Shown here one piece after another: positions 53,026 through 63,255 of a stretch of DNA of 64,000 nt. Every line of letters begins with the position of its first letter. Within the stretch, counting starts at the first letter, position 1. The notes beneath the pieces are model-generated. The model worked only from the letters and a program-made list of their open reading frames with translations. It did not search any database and was not told the DNA's origin. Position numbers and translations under genes: made by a program. This stretch comes from an uncultured cyanobacterium (GTDB lineage: Bacteria; Cyanobacteriota; Cyanobacteriia; PCC-9006; JAAUQQ01): positions 5,024,001-5,088,000 of the forward strand of contig OY970368.1 in NCBI GenBank assembly GCA_963718615.1, read 5' to 3'.

Positions 53026-55143
53026 CTAAGACTTTGTTTTTTTCACTTTACCCGTTCCGGTCACCTTCGTATCCGTTTGGCGTTTTCCCTTTTGCTTCGA
53101 TTTTGGCTTCAAGGCATTCAACTCCTGGCTTGTTTTCGCAATGCGATCAAAGTCTACAATTCGCTTCTTCCAATGCGCAATTCGGGGATGATCGGACATC
53201 ACCGACTCCCAAATATTGAGCCAATTTTCAGCCGATTCAATCTCGCCTTTACGCCCCAATAACTCTAAATAGCCTTCTGAGAACTGGGCAAATTCCGAGA
53301 AATGGAATCGCTTAAATTTGAGGACGGGAAGCAACAACGCTTCTGCAGCGTCTAGCTCTTCTGCGTGAAGGTGTCGGTGGGCAAGAGACATCCTGGCAGC
53401 CAAATACGTGGGGTAGTCTTTGACCAGTTGTTCAAAGAGGGAAAAGGCTTCCTCTGTCCGTCCCTGGATTTGGTAGGCTACGGCTAAATTATTGAACAAA
53501 TCGGGGGTTTGACGAATCTCCAAGGCTTGTTTCAGCAGGGCTTCCGCCCGGACGGCTGCGTCGGTGGTGTTCTCTTTGAGCAGCGGCAAGGCTCTGTTCA
53601 ACAAATCCACCACTTTACGGGGATGGTTGTAGAGCGGATCGCCATGGATTTCAAAGCCAATAATGCTGATTTCTCGCCATTCACCTCCAAGCCACATCCG
53701 CACTTTTTCCGGGTCTAAAACATCTGCCTGAACTAGGGTTTGGGCCGCTTGATTACGCAAGGCATCAGGACCGGCTTGACCCAAGGCAAACTCTCGTAGC
53801 AGGTCAAAAAACTCAGGCGATCGCCCATGCTTCAGCAACTCTAAGGCCATGATTCGTCCCATCGGATCTCCCCGCAGCAGAGCCGTTTCTAACCAAGCGC
53901 GCAGTTCAGGATACTTTGCTTGTAGCTCGTTTAGGGCTGGGCCAAGTCGTATTTCCGCATCTTCTAGCTTCTGGACCAGTGGAGCCAGCAACTGAAAGAT
54001 CTCCTGCCCCATGGCTTGGGGCATCACATCAATGTTTTCAAAGGCCCAGGGACCATGGCGCTGACTGGCTGGAAGCAATTGATCTTGTAGGTTTTTCTCG
54101 GCGATTTCTAGATTGGGCGATCGCTCCAAGGCTTTTCGCCACAGGGCTTTGGCCTTTGCAATTTGCCCCGATCTGGCCATCGCCACCGCCACCAAATGCA
54201 AGCTTCTGCCATCCAGTGCTACGGATTGATCGTCATCCTCAGCTTTAGCTTGGTCCCAGATGTCCAGGACACCCGCATCATCGCCCAAATAGCTGAGGGC
54301 TTCAATTTTCTTGGTGAAGGGGTCCCAGGCTGCAGCTTGGCTTTTTTTCAGTTGTTCTGCATACCTCTGAGCTGTTTTCCGATCGCCCAGGGTGCAGTAA
54401 TAACGGACTAAATTTCCTAAGGCATGGATATTTTCAGGTTCAAGCGTTAGGACCTGTTCGGCTTGGGCGATCGCCTCTTCCAAATGCCCGGTTACCATAG
54501 CAATCAAGCTCAGATTGTTATAAGCCGGGGCAAAGTCTGCTTTTTGTTCAATAACCTTGAGTTCCGCTTCCTTCGCCAGGTCGTATTCTGCCAATCCGAG
54601 GAACAGTTGCCCCCATTCGTGCTGGAGCAGGAGGGCGATCGCCTGATCGCGAGGCAAATCTATTTCTCGGACCAACGCATCCCACAAGTCTTCGATTGTA
54701 TTCAACAGCAATTGAGTTTGCTCGGCCATGGGATGGCTGGGATCCTGCTCTAGGGCCGACGAACCCAAATGCCAAGCCAGGAGAGGATATTGTTGTTGGA
54801 AGGCAACCCCCGCCAAGACATAGCGGGCATCCTTGTGGTTGGGCTGAAGCTGAAGCAGTTGATTGGCCGCCCGACCTACAGTTGTGGTTGCATCCAACTC
54901 CAGAGCGACATGAATGAGGAGTTCCCACCCCGGCTTGTGCTGGGGATAATCCTGCGTCAGGTTGAGCAAATACTCATAAGCTTCGGTCGTTCTGCCCTGG
55001 GCGAAGAGTTTGTAGGCTCTTTGAAGTTCCTGGGGAAAGCTGGTGCGGGTGCCAAAACCGGCCCCCGAGCCTTTACCGGGTTGGATTTTGAGTCCCCGTT
55101 TTTTACTTTTTTTACTCACCAAGGTGCTTTTGCTCCAGTTCAT
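53026..55143 (-). CDS. TPR-repeat protein
   Basis: Multiple TPRs, e.g. AYNNLSLI...AIAQAEQVL-x-LEPEN. Confidence 0.8.
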   Translation of the reverse strand: MNWSKSTLVSKKSKKRGLKIQPGKGSGAGFGTRTSFPQELQRAYKLFAQGRTTEAYEYLLNLTQDYPQHKPGWELLIHVALELDATTTVGRAANQLLQLQPNHKDARYVLAGVAFQQQYPLLAWHLGSSALEQDPSHPMAEQTQLLLNTIEDLWDALVREIDLPRDQAIALLLQHEWGQLFLGLAEYDLAKEAELKVIEQKADFAPAYNNLSLIAMVTGHLEEAIAQAEQVLTLEPENIHALGNLVRYYCTLGDRKTAQRYAEQLKKSQAAAWDPFTKKIEALSYLGDDAGVLDIWDQAKAEDDDQSVALDGRSLHLVAVAMARSGQIAKAKALWRKALERSPNLEIAEKNLQDQLLPASQRHGPWAFENIDVMPQAMGQEIFQLLAPLVQKLEDAEIRLGPALNELQAKYPELRAWLETALLRGDPMGRIMALELLKHGRSPEFFDLLREFALGQAGPDALRNQAAQTLVQADVLDPEKVRMWLGGEWREISIIGFEIHGDPLYNHPRKVVDLLNRALPLLKENTTDAAVRAEALLKQALEIRQTPDLFNNLAVAYQIQGRTEEAFSLFEQLVKDYPTYLAARMSLAHRHLHAEELDAAEALLLPVLKFKRFHFSEFAQFSEGYLELLGRKGEIESAENWLNIWESVMSDHPRIAHWKKRIVDFDRIAKTSQELNALKPKSKQKGKRQTDTKVTGTGKVKKTKS

Positions 55144-55214
55144 GTACTCTCAATTGCCTGATCAATATCTTGTCTTTTTGGGGTGAATCACGGCAACCGA
55201 ACTTGTACATTTGT

Positions 55215-55823
55215 TCACAAAGGCGATCGCCCTTCCCCCGAAGCCTTGAACACAAACTGCCCAATTTTCTGAATCGCCAGGATGAGCACAATCGCCACGA
55301 CCGCCAGAGAGACACCGGGCAGGGTGAAGGCCAGGACGGAAAGCCCCACCGCCGCGATCAGCTCAAACGTGGCCACCAGGAAATTCGTCAGTCCTCCAGA
55401 AACTGCCGTAGAGGTGAGGCGAAGCAAATTGGTCAAAATTTTGGTTAATCCTGCCGTTCCTCCCCCAGCCACCAGGGCCAACGTCCACTGGGCGAGGGGG
55501 TCCATATCTGGAGCCAGGGAAGCGGAAACAGCCGTGCCCGCCAGGACGGCAGCAGGGGTCGCAACCACATCGAGAATATGGTCCACCCAGGGAATGTAAT
55601 AGCCGCCAATTTCGAGGAAACAGGCGGCAGCAAAAACCACAAAGGCTTGGGGGCTTTCGGCCCAGTCTAGTTGAGCAGGCAAATCAAAATGACCGAGGAC
55701 AGCGGCACCGCTGAGGGCCAGTAGGGGCACAAACACACGAAAGCCAGCAGCGGCGCTGAGACTGATGCCCAGCGCTAGCTCAAGCAGTGTGTGAATCCAA
55801 TCGGGACTGAGCCAAGCGTTCAT
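55215..55823 (-). CDS. DUF4126-family membrane protein
   Basis: LSAAAGFRVFVPLL, EI-x2-YYIPWVD, RLTST-x2-SGGL-x-N. Confidence 0.85.
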   Translation of the reverse strand: MNAWLSPDWIHTLLELALGISLSAAAGFRVFVPLLALSGAAVLGHFDLPAQLDWAESPQAFVVFAAACFLEIGGYYIPWVDHILDVVATPAAVLAGTAVSASLAPDMDPLAQWTLALVAGGGTAGLTKILTNLLRLTSTAVSGGLTNFLVATFELIAAVGLSVLAFTLPGVSLAVVAIVLILAIQKIGQFVFKASGEGRSPL

Positions 55824-55936
55824 GGGCGATCGCAGGAAAATACAAGGTTCACCAGAACCATTGTGCCAGCCAATCCCCTTAGAAGCTGCTTGTGATGGCC
55901 AATTTCGCCAACCGGAGCCGCAACCGGAGCCGCTAT

Positions 55937-57295
55937 CTAGGCCAGCTCAATCAACTTCAGCGCCTCCACCGGCTGGACCATACCATAGCCCCAACGATTA
56001 TCCGGACGGCGCTCTAGGCCTTGGGGATGGGCAGCGGTTTCGCGAATGGCTTTCATGACATCGGTTGCGGAGGCATCGGGATTGGCCGCCATCAGCAGCG
56101 CCGCCACCCCCGCAACATGGGGCGTAGCCATGGAGGTTCCGTCCATGTAGGTATAGGCAAAGGTACCATCGGGCCGCTGCTCCGGCGGAATGCAGGAATA
56201 GACCTGAGCACCGGGAGCCGCCACGTCCGGCTTATTCACCAAGGATTCCGGCTCCTGCCCTGGAAACACGAGGCTGGCCCCGCTGCTAAAAAATGTAATC
56301 CCCAGCTCCTCGTTGGGCAGTTTTTCCATAGCCCCCACAGAGAAAGCATTGTAGCTGTTGCCGGGTGAACTGGTATTGCCATGGTTTTCGTTGCCGATCG
56401 CCACTACCGGCAGCACATCAAACCGAGAAATCAGCAGGTCAAGAATCTTGCCAAACAGCGGCTCGTAATATTGCAGACCGAGGGACATGTTGATAATGTC
56501 CGCTTCATTCTCCACCGCCCAGGCCATCCCTTCAACCAGCGTCATCAAAGTCGCATCGCCAACTAAAACCCCTGCAACTAGGAGATTAGCTTCCGGTGCA
56601 ACACCAATGGAAATGCCATCCTCCGTTTTGCCGCCCACAATGGTGCCGGACACATGGGTACCGTGACGACCGGAATCAAAACTCGGCGTGACGCTAATCC
56701 GACGGCCCAGCGGGTCCACCACAATAAAGTTTTTCAACCGATCCTTGAGAGCCGGATGATCCCCATACACACCACTGTCAAGCACCGCAACGTTGACCCC
56801 CGCGCCTTTGGTGGTTTCCCAGGCTTTAGGAATATTGAGCTGTTTGAGGCCCCAGGTCAGCCCGTCTGTGGCTTCCTGCTGAACCAGGGCCGTAAAATCA
56901 ACGCGCTTGGGTTCAATCAGATGAATCGCTTGATTGGGCAATACCGCCAAAACCTCTGGTTGCTCAGCCAACGCGCCAAGGGTTTTCTGGGTGACTTCCA
57001 CAGCGACGACGGGTAGCGTATCCCCCCCAACGCTGCGCACATTCAGCGGGGTCCCACGATGACCCAGATCGCGGCTACGGTCTTGGTAATGGTCAACCAC
57101 ACGGGCTTCGACTTCGCGTTGGTGTCCGGCGACTTCACGAGACAGGCTGAGGCGATCGCGTCGGTTGATCCGCCGCTGGCCAGGGTCAACACCGGGCGCA
57201 CGATAAATCACAATGGCATCGCGGCGTGCATCGGGGTCACGATTGCTGAGAAAGGGTTCAAAGGCGGGAGAGATTTTTTTACGCTCTGTACTCAT
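55937..57295 (-). CDS. S8 subtilisin-like serine peptidase, no signal peptide
   Basis: VAVLDSG, HGTHV, GTSMATPHVAG triad. Confidence 0.93.
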   Translation of the reverse strand: MSTERKKISPAFEPFLSNRDPDARRDAIVIYRAPGVDPGQRRINRRDRLSLSREVAGHQREVEARVVDHYQDRSRDLGHRGTPLNVRSVGGDTLPVVAVEVTQKTLGALAEQPEVLAVLPNQAIHLIEPKRVDFTALVQQEATDGLTWGLKQLNIPKAWETTKGAGVNVAVLDSGVYGDHPALKDRLKNFIVVDPLGRRISVTPSFDSGRHGTHVSGTIVGGKTEDGISIGVAPEANLLVAGVLVGDATLMTLVEGMAWAVENEADIINMSLGLQYYEPLFGKILDLLISRFDVLPVVAIGNENHGNTSSPGNSYNAFSVGAMEKLPNEELGITFFSSGASLVFPGQEPESLVNKPDVAAPGAQVYSCIPPEQRPDGTFAYTYMDGTSMATPHVAGVAALLMAANPDASATDVMKAIRETAAHPQGLERRPDNRWGYGMVQPVEALKLIELA

Positions 57296-57435
57296 GGATC
57301 AGGGTCCCGGATTGGGGCCGATGGGGGTTGTGATTACTCTAGCAATCGGGTTTAGTAATTGGCAGGAAGGGTGAGAGATCTCCGAGGGCGATCGCGATCG
57401 CCCCTCCTTGACGTTAGCCAGCTAACCATTTCTCC

Positions 57436-58260
57436 ATGAGCCTGAGCATGAACAGAGCAGAAATCAGTCTAAAAACCGCAGCCGTATTCAACGCTGCATC
57501 GGATCACTTTGATGCGCCAGCGCTGTCATTTTGGAATCGATTTGGGCAACAAACCGTTCAGCAGCTTTCTCTGCGGGTGGGCGATCGCGTTCTCGATGTC
57601 TGTTGCGGAAGTGGGGCTTCTGCCATTCCGGCAGCGATCGCAGTCGGTCCTACAGGAGAGGTTCTCGGGGTTGATCTGGCTGATTCTCTTCTACAACTCG
57701 CACGCCAAAAATCTCAACAGCAGGGGCTTGAGAATCTCGAATTTCGGCAGGGGGACTTTGAGAATCTGGGGTTACCCAATGAAAGCTTTGATACCATCGT
57801 CTGTGTCTTTGGCCTCTTCTTTGTCCCGGACATGGTTGCGGCTGTCCAGGAACTCTGGCGGATGCTGCGCCCCGGCGGTCAACTGGCGATTACCTCCTGG
57901 GGCGCGAACGTTTTTGAACCAGCGAATCAACGGTTTTGGCAAGCGATCGAAACTGAGCGTCCAGACCTCGTGAAGCCATTTACCCCCTGGGACCGGATCC
58001 GCGAGCCTGAGTCCCTCAAAGCGTTGCTCGAAGCGGGCGGTGCCACTCAGGTGGATGTCATGGCAGCGAAGGGGGTCCATGAACTGGCGGAGCCTGAGGA
58101 TTGGTGGACGATGGTGTTGGGTGGCGGGTTTCGGGGAACGATTGACCAACTGGAAGCCGCAGCCCGAGAGCGGGTGCGACAGGATAATTTGGAGTTTCTG
58201 CGGAGCCATGATCTTCGGGCGTTAGCCGTGGATGTGTTGTATGCGATCGCCCAAAAGTAA
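57436..58260 (+). CDS. Class I SAM-dependent methyltransferase
   Basis: VLDVCCGSG, GVDL, RMLRPGG. Confidence 0.9.
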   Translation: MSLSMNRAEISLKTAAVFNAASDHFDAPALSFWNRFGQQTVQQLSLRVGDRVLDVCCGSGASAIPAAIAVGPTGEVLGVDLADSLLQLARQKSQQQGLENLEFRQGDFENLGLPNESFDTIVCVFGLFFVPDMVAAVQELWRMLRPGGQLAITSWGANVFEPANQRFWQAIETERPDLVKPFTPWDRIREPESLKALLEAGGATQVDVMAAKGVHELAEPEDWWTMVLGGGFRGTIDQLEAAARERVRQDNLEFLRSHDLRALAVDVLYAIAQK

Positions 58261-58282
58261 AACCTCAACAGAAGACCTATCC

Positions 58283-59575
58283 ATGTCGATCGCCACCGGA
58301 CTGCTTATTCTTTTGGTCCTGCTCGGCTTCAGCCTCAGCCTCTGGATCCTCATCCCCGCTCCGATTTTCTCTCTGCTCCCCCTCAGCGTCGGCGTACCGG
58401 AAATTAGTCCCTGGCTAGCCATTGTCAACGCAACTGCTCTGTTTCTCTCACTCAGCCGTAAAGGGTTTCCCTCGTCATCGCTGCTGTCCGCCAAGGCATT
58501 AGGAATTGGACTGGTGCTGTTGAGCGCGATCGCCCTCGCCCTCAGCCTCTCCCCTCTGATGCGCTTTCCCCAAACCCAGCAACAGGCGGAACAGGCGATC
58601 GCCCAAACCCTCGGTCCCGATTATCTTGAACAAATTGATCCTGAAATTCGAAACCAGTTGCGATCGCATCCCCTCAATCTCCTCGACAACTTCCGGGGCA
58701 TTCCCATTCCAGCCGTCCGTGAAACCCTTGGCATTCCCTTTGCACAACCCGATGGCGTTCCCCTAACACTCAATCTTTATCGTCCCGAACCGCCTGGAAG
58801 TGAATCTACTGGATGTGACTCTGCTGAACGTTATCCTGCACTGATCACCCTCTACGGCGGTGCGTGGCAACGGGGCACCCCCGAGAGCGACGAGACCTTT
58901 AACCGCTATATCGCCGCCCAAGGCTATGCCGTCTGGGCTCTTTCCTATCGCCATGCACCAGACTATCACTTTCCGGCACAACTGGAAGATGTGCGATCGG
59001 CTCTGACCTTTATCAAAGCCCATGGCCTAAAGTACGAAACCGATCTGAACCGGGTCGCGGTGATGGGCCGATCCGCCGGTTCCCAACTGTCCATGCTGGC
59101 CGCCTATCAACCGGGACCCCTGCCGATTCGTGCGGTAGTCGATTATTACGGCCCCGTTGATCTCACCGCAGGGTACAACAATATCCCCAAACCGGATCCG
59201 ATTGAATCGCGATCGGTTCTCGAAGCTTTTTTGGGCGGAAGTCCCCATGAATTTCCCGAGTTGTATCACCAAGCTTCACCCATTAATACGGTCAAACCCG
59301 GCTTGCCCCCTTCGCTCTTGATCTATGGCGAACGGGATCATGTGGTTAAAGCTGAGTATGGTCAAGCCCTGGCAGCTCAGCTCAGGCAGGCTGGCAATCC
59401 GGTGGTATTTATCCAGATTCCCTGGGCAGACCATGCCTTTGACGCGGTTTTTCGAGGGTTGAGCAACCAGTTAGCGCTGTATTATACCGAGCGTTTTTTG
59501 GCTTGGACCCTGCATCCAGCGACCCCTGGGGCGCAAACTCAATTGTTAAAGGGTGGTAATTCAGGGCCGGTTTGA
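58283..59575 (+). CDS. Membrane-anchored alpha/beta hydrolase (HSL-like esterase)
   Basis: YGGAW, GRSAG, D..H triad; N-terminal TM segments. Confidence 0.9.
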   Translation: MSIATGLLILLVLLGFSLSLWILIPAPIFSLLPLSVGVPEISPWLAIVNATALFLSLSRKGFPSSSLLSAKALGIGLVLLSAIALALSLSPLMRFPQTQQQAEQAIAQTLGPDYLEQIDPEIRNQLRSHPLNLLDNFRGIPIPAVRETLGIPFAQPDGVPLTLNLYRPEPPGSESTGCDSAERYPALITLYGGAWQRGTPESDETFNRYIAAQGYAVWALSYRHAPDYHFPAQLEDVRSALTFIKAHGLKYETDLNRVAVMGRSAGSQLSMLAAYQPGPLPIRAVVDYYGPVDLTAGYNNIPKPDPIESRSVLEAFLGGSPHEFPELYHQASPINTVKPGLPPSLLIYGERDHVVKAEYGQALAAQLRQAGNPVVFIQIPWADHAFDAVFRGLSNQLALYYTERFLAWTLHPATPGAQTQLLKGGNSGPV

Positions 59576-59784
59576 GCCTGGTCCGACGGAGGAGCCTGTT
59601 GCTGAATCTGGGGGGAGTCCAGGGGCCAGAGGGGAAAGGTGCCGCGTTTGTCGTAGTTGGAGGCGATCGCCAAAACCAAGCCCCCCACAACCATCGCGGG
59701 CAAGGGCAGTTCCAGGTGTCGCAGCCAATCTAACAATTGGGCGAAGACAAACAGAATTACAAAACTAGTCATCCACACACGCAT
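59539..59784 (-). CDS. Small conserved cyanobacterial membrane protein
   Basis: MRVW...LF-x2-AQL...GGLVLAIASN. Confidence 0.75.
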   Translation of the reverse strand: MRVWMTSFVILFVFAQLLDWLRHLELPLPAMVVGGLVLAIASNYDKRGTFPLWPLDSPQIQQQAPPSDQAQTGPELPPFNN

Positions 59785-59821
59785 GGGTTTATCTCCTCAG
59801 CAAAATTCATTAATGTAACAA

Positions 59822-60850
59822 ATGTGTCATGCTCATAGGATTGAGTTCTTGACGCTGCCTCGTATAACTTGCATGAAGACTATAGCGAAGCTTTTGACCG
59901 CTGGCGAAGGCAGTTTCCCTGGGCGTTGGCGAAAACGCTGGAACCTCAGTCCTAGAGGGAAAGGCTGGGGCCTGGGCGCGTTTTTATTACTGACGCTGTT
60001 ATGGGGTAGCACATTTGTCGTCGTTAAGGATACCGTAGTCGAGGTTTCGCCAAGCATTTTACTCAGCGTTCGGTTTCTCCTCAGCGCAATACTGCTCACG
60101 CCGTTGCTTCGTCGCCGGTCCAGAGTGCAAACAACAGTGCAAACCACTTGGAACTGGGCCTTAGGTTGGGCTGGCCTAGAACTGGGGCTAGCGCTATTCG
60201 CAGGCTATATGACCCAAACCATTGGTTTACAGTACACCACGGTCTATCGTAGCGCTTTTGTCACCGCGCTCAATGTCTTTTTTGTACCGCTGTTTTTAGG
60301 ACTATTGGGGCACCGCCTGGGATGGCCAATTTGGCTGGCGTCGCTGTTGGCGCTGGGCGGGGTTGGGCTGTTATCCTACGATGGCTCACCGCCTAACCTA
60401 GGGGATCTTTGGACCTTGGGCACTGCGATCGCCTATGCGGTCTATATCATTCGTCTAGGGTACTATACACAACGTTATTCAGCCTTATCTTTGTCGGTCG
60501 CACAACTGTGGGTGACGACGATCGCTTCGGTGATGTGGGCGATCGCCACCGATTTCAAGGCCTTAATGCCGGAACAACTGATGCGATTGCCCTGGGGACC
60601 GCTGTTGTATTTGGCGATCGCCTGTACCGCCGGAACCACGCTTCTCCAAGCCTGGGGACAACAGCGGGTGAACGCGGTTCAATCCTCAATTTTGTTTACC
60701 CTCGAACCCGTTTGGGCTTCGGTGTTTGCCTATCTGCTCTTGGGCGAAACCCTGGGGACTCAAGGGCTGTTGGGAGCTGCGGCAATTGTTGGCGCAACTT
60801 TGTTAACAGCTGTACCAAACGTCGCTGGCCCTTCGGCGCATTGTGGTTAA
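59822..60850 (+). CDS. DMT/EamA-family transporter (start uncertain)
   Basis: LWGSTF, QTIGLQYT, GDLWTL, LEPVWA; about 10 TM segments. Confidence 0.9.
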   Translation: MCHAHRIEFLTLPRITCMKTIAKLLTAGEGSFPGRWRKRWNLSPRGKGWGLGAFLLLTLLWGSTFVVVKDTVVEVSPSILLSVRFLLSAILLTPLLRRRSRVQTTVQTTWNWALGWAGLELGLALFAGYMTQTIGLQYTTVYRSAFVTALNVFFVPLFLGLLGHRLGWPIWLASLLALGGVGLLSYDGSPPNLGDLWTLGTAIAYAVYIIRLGYYTQRYSALSLSVAQLWVTTIASVMWAIATDFKALMPEQLMRLPWGPLLYLAIACTAGTTLLQAWGQQRVNAVQSSILFTLEPVWASVFAYLLLGETLGTQGLLGAAAIVGATLLTAVPNVAGPSAHCG

Positions 60851-60866
60851 GCGGTTCGAGTGAATC

Positions 60867-62795
60867 TCATTCCGGCTGCCAAATTTGAATCCTTTGGTCC
60901 TGAGTGACCAAAAAGCGGTTGTCAGCACTAAAATTCGCCTGCTGAACTTCATCCAAAGATAGCAGATGAACACCCGTCAGACCATCCCGCAAATCCAGGG
61001 CAAAACCAGAACCGGGAACAGTTGTCCCTGGCAAGGGGACAGCGGCAATGGGAATGGCAAAGGTCTTGCTGTCTGGGCTAATCAAAATCGGCTGCTGGGT
61101 GGCTCTAGAATCCCTCGGATCCACCTGGGGGTTGGGGCGGTTACCGGAGTCAACGAAGGCTGAGCGATCGCTCTTGTAGGTTTTCAGATTCCAAAATAGA
61201 ACGAGTTGACTGTCATCTCGGCTGAGCAGCGTTTGACCATCGGGGCTAAAGGCGATCGCCTCCACAGGTCGCTGATGCCGACGCAACGTAATAATTCTGG
61301 CCCCATTATTGGCGTTCCACAACTTGATGCTGTTGTCCAGATCCAGCGTCGCCAAGCTTTTGCCATCGGGGCTAAACGCCATGGCTTGGGGCAGCGTCGG
61401 ACCGAGGGTTTTGGCTTGCTGGGGCGATCGCGCAAAGGCTACTTTTACCAGTTTTCCATTGGGCAAATCCCAGAGCTGGATCGTGCGGTCGGTGGCGATC
61501 GCAAGTCTCGTACTGTCGGAGCTCATGAGCAAATCTTGCACAGCGCTGGCCTGGGTTTCGCCTGCGCCCAAGCTCAGGGTTTTGAGCAGTTTGCCGCTGT
61601 TGAAATCCCAGAGTTTGACCGTGCGATCGCCGCTGCCACTGACCAGCCATTGGCCATTGGGGCTGAGAGCCAGGGCGTTGGGCTTGTCGGCATGGGCTTT
61701 CCAGCTCCGTTGAGCTTTTCCAGTGGTTGTATCCCAAACTTGAGCTTGACCGTTGGCCAGAATCGCAGCAATGCGTTTGCTATCGGTGCTGAAGGCGATC
61801 GCTTGGGCCGGGGAACTGCCAGGTTTGAGCAGCGTGACCAGCCGAGTGCCACTCTCCAAGTTCCACAGGGCAAGGGTGCTGCTGGAAACCTGGGCTGATT
61901 TCTGAGCAAGGCTGGCCACCGCGAGCAGTTTACTATTGGGGCTGATGGCATGGTGCAGCGGGGTGACGGGGCCGCTGCCAGCGGGATAGAGGGCGGCGAG
62001 ATTGAGGCGGTGGAGGAGTTTGGGCGATCGCCAATCGCTGAGGCGGATCTCGGGAGTCTCTAGGGCAAGCTGAACCTGGGAAAACAATCGGGGTAAGTAA
62101 CTATAAAATCGCTCATTGCGCAGCTGCATGGCGTCGGTGGTACAACTGCCGCAGCCCTCTGCGACGCCCGAAAGCAGCGATTGAACCTCCGCATCAAAGA
62201 CCCCGGCCCAGGGCAGGTGGCCGGTTGGGGCTTGGAGTGAATAATTCAGCTCGGATTCGTTGAGCCAGTCACTGCTAATGAAGTCGTTTTCGGGGCGGGG
62301 CTTGAGCAGCTTCCAGCCGACGCGATCGCGAAAAGCATTGACCGCTGCTTCGGTATTATTCGGATGTTTTGTCACAGCCTCGCGCCAGAGCTTGGCCTGA
62401 ACACTGAGGCCAAACCGGCCACCGCTGGCCTGAAGCCAAGCTTGGTCAATCCCTCGAATCAGGCTGCCCATCTGCGCATCAGAGCCCCCTTGGCTTGCGG
62501 TTAGCAACCGGCGGGTTTCTTGGTCAGCAGCGGCCCAGTTTTTGGCATTGAGGTGTTGTTGGAGGGTAGAAATTTGGGCACTACCATTGCTGCGGCTAGT
62601 TAAAGACTGGGTGAGGAGATACTGACCTTGCAGATTCACAGAAGTAGGCTGGGCGAGTAGGGGAGTCGTCGTCAAGAGGGTGGTAAGGCAACTGAGTAGT
62701 AGGCGCTGGACTGGGAGGGAGGCGATCGCAACAAACCTTCGATAGTTTTCGATCGTAGTCGCTCTCAAAGTCGGCAGGTACAACGGAAGGGACAT
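60867..62795 (-). CDS. Secreted GUN4-domain + WD40-repeat protein
   Basis: Signal-like PLLA, then NWAAADQET...FGLSVQ...APTGHLP, then WD40 repeats. Confidence 0.85.
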   Translation of the reverse strand: MSLPLYLPTLRATTIENYRRFVAIASLPVQRLLLSCLTTLLTTTPLLAQPTSVNLQGQYLLTQSLTSRSNGSAQISTLQQHLNAKNWAAADQETRRLLTASQGGSDAQMGSLIRGIDQAWLQASGGRFGLSVQAKLWREAVTKHPNNTEAAVNAFRDRVGWKLLKPRPENDFISSDWLNESELNYSLQAPTGHLPWAGVFDAEVQSLLSGVAEGCGSCTTDAMQLRNERFYSYLPRLFSQVQLALETPEIRLSDWRSPKLLHRLNLAALYPAGSGPVTPLHHAISPNSKLLAVASLAQKSAQVSSSTLALWNLESGTRLVTLLKPGSSPAQAIAFSTDSKRIAAILANGQAQVWDTTTGKAQRSWKAHADKPNALALSPNGQWLVSGSGDRTVKLWDFNSGKLLKTLSLGAGETQASAVQDLLMSSDSTRLAIATDRTIQLWDLPNGKLVKVAFARSPQQAKTLGPTLPQAMAFSPDGKSLATLDLDNSIKLWNANNGARIITLRRHQRPVEAIAFSPDGQTLLSRDDSQLVLFWNLKTYKSDRSAFVDSGNRPNPQVDPRDSRATQQPILISPDSKTFAIPIAAVPLPGTTVPGSGFALDLRDGLTGVHLLSLDEVQQANFSADNRFLVTQDQRIQIWQPE

Positions 62796-63255
62796 AGGAA
62801 TCTAACCGACAACGGTTGGGGCAACAGCAAAACGACAAAATAGCTTGAGAAGAAAAGCGGAAACCATAACAAAATACAGGGAAGCAGCGTGAATCAAGAA
62901 ATTAGAAATATTAGCGAATCTTGTCAGGCCAGTCTTTGCTTAACTGTTGATTCAAACTTTTGCAAAAGGAACGATTCTAGCTAGATATTATCGACGTAAC
63001 CGAGATGGCAAGGTTACCAGCAATATAAAACCTAATCGCTCCCCGATTGAACCATAGCTGGACTGTTCTTATAGTATCGTACTAAAATCCATGGATGCCG
63101 CTACTTTTATGCAACCACTTGAATAAGTGGCATTATCCCGAGCCGAGTCGATGGGTCAGTCCTCAAACTCACCGCAAGATGCTTTAAGATAATGCTTTAG
63201 CCCCCCGTTGATTCACTATTTAGTTTCGGTTCTATTCATCTGAGGAAGGGGAACC

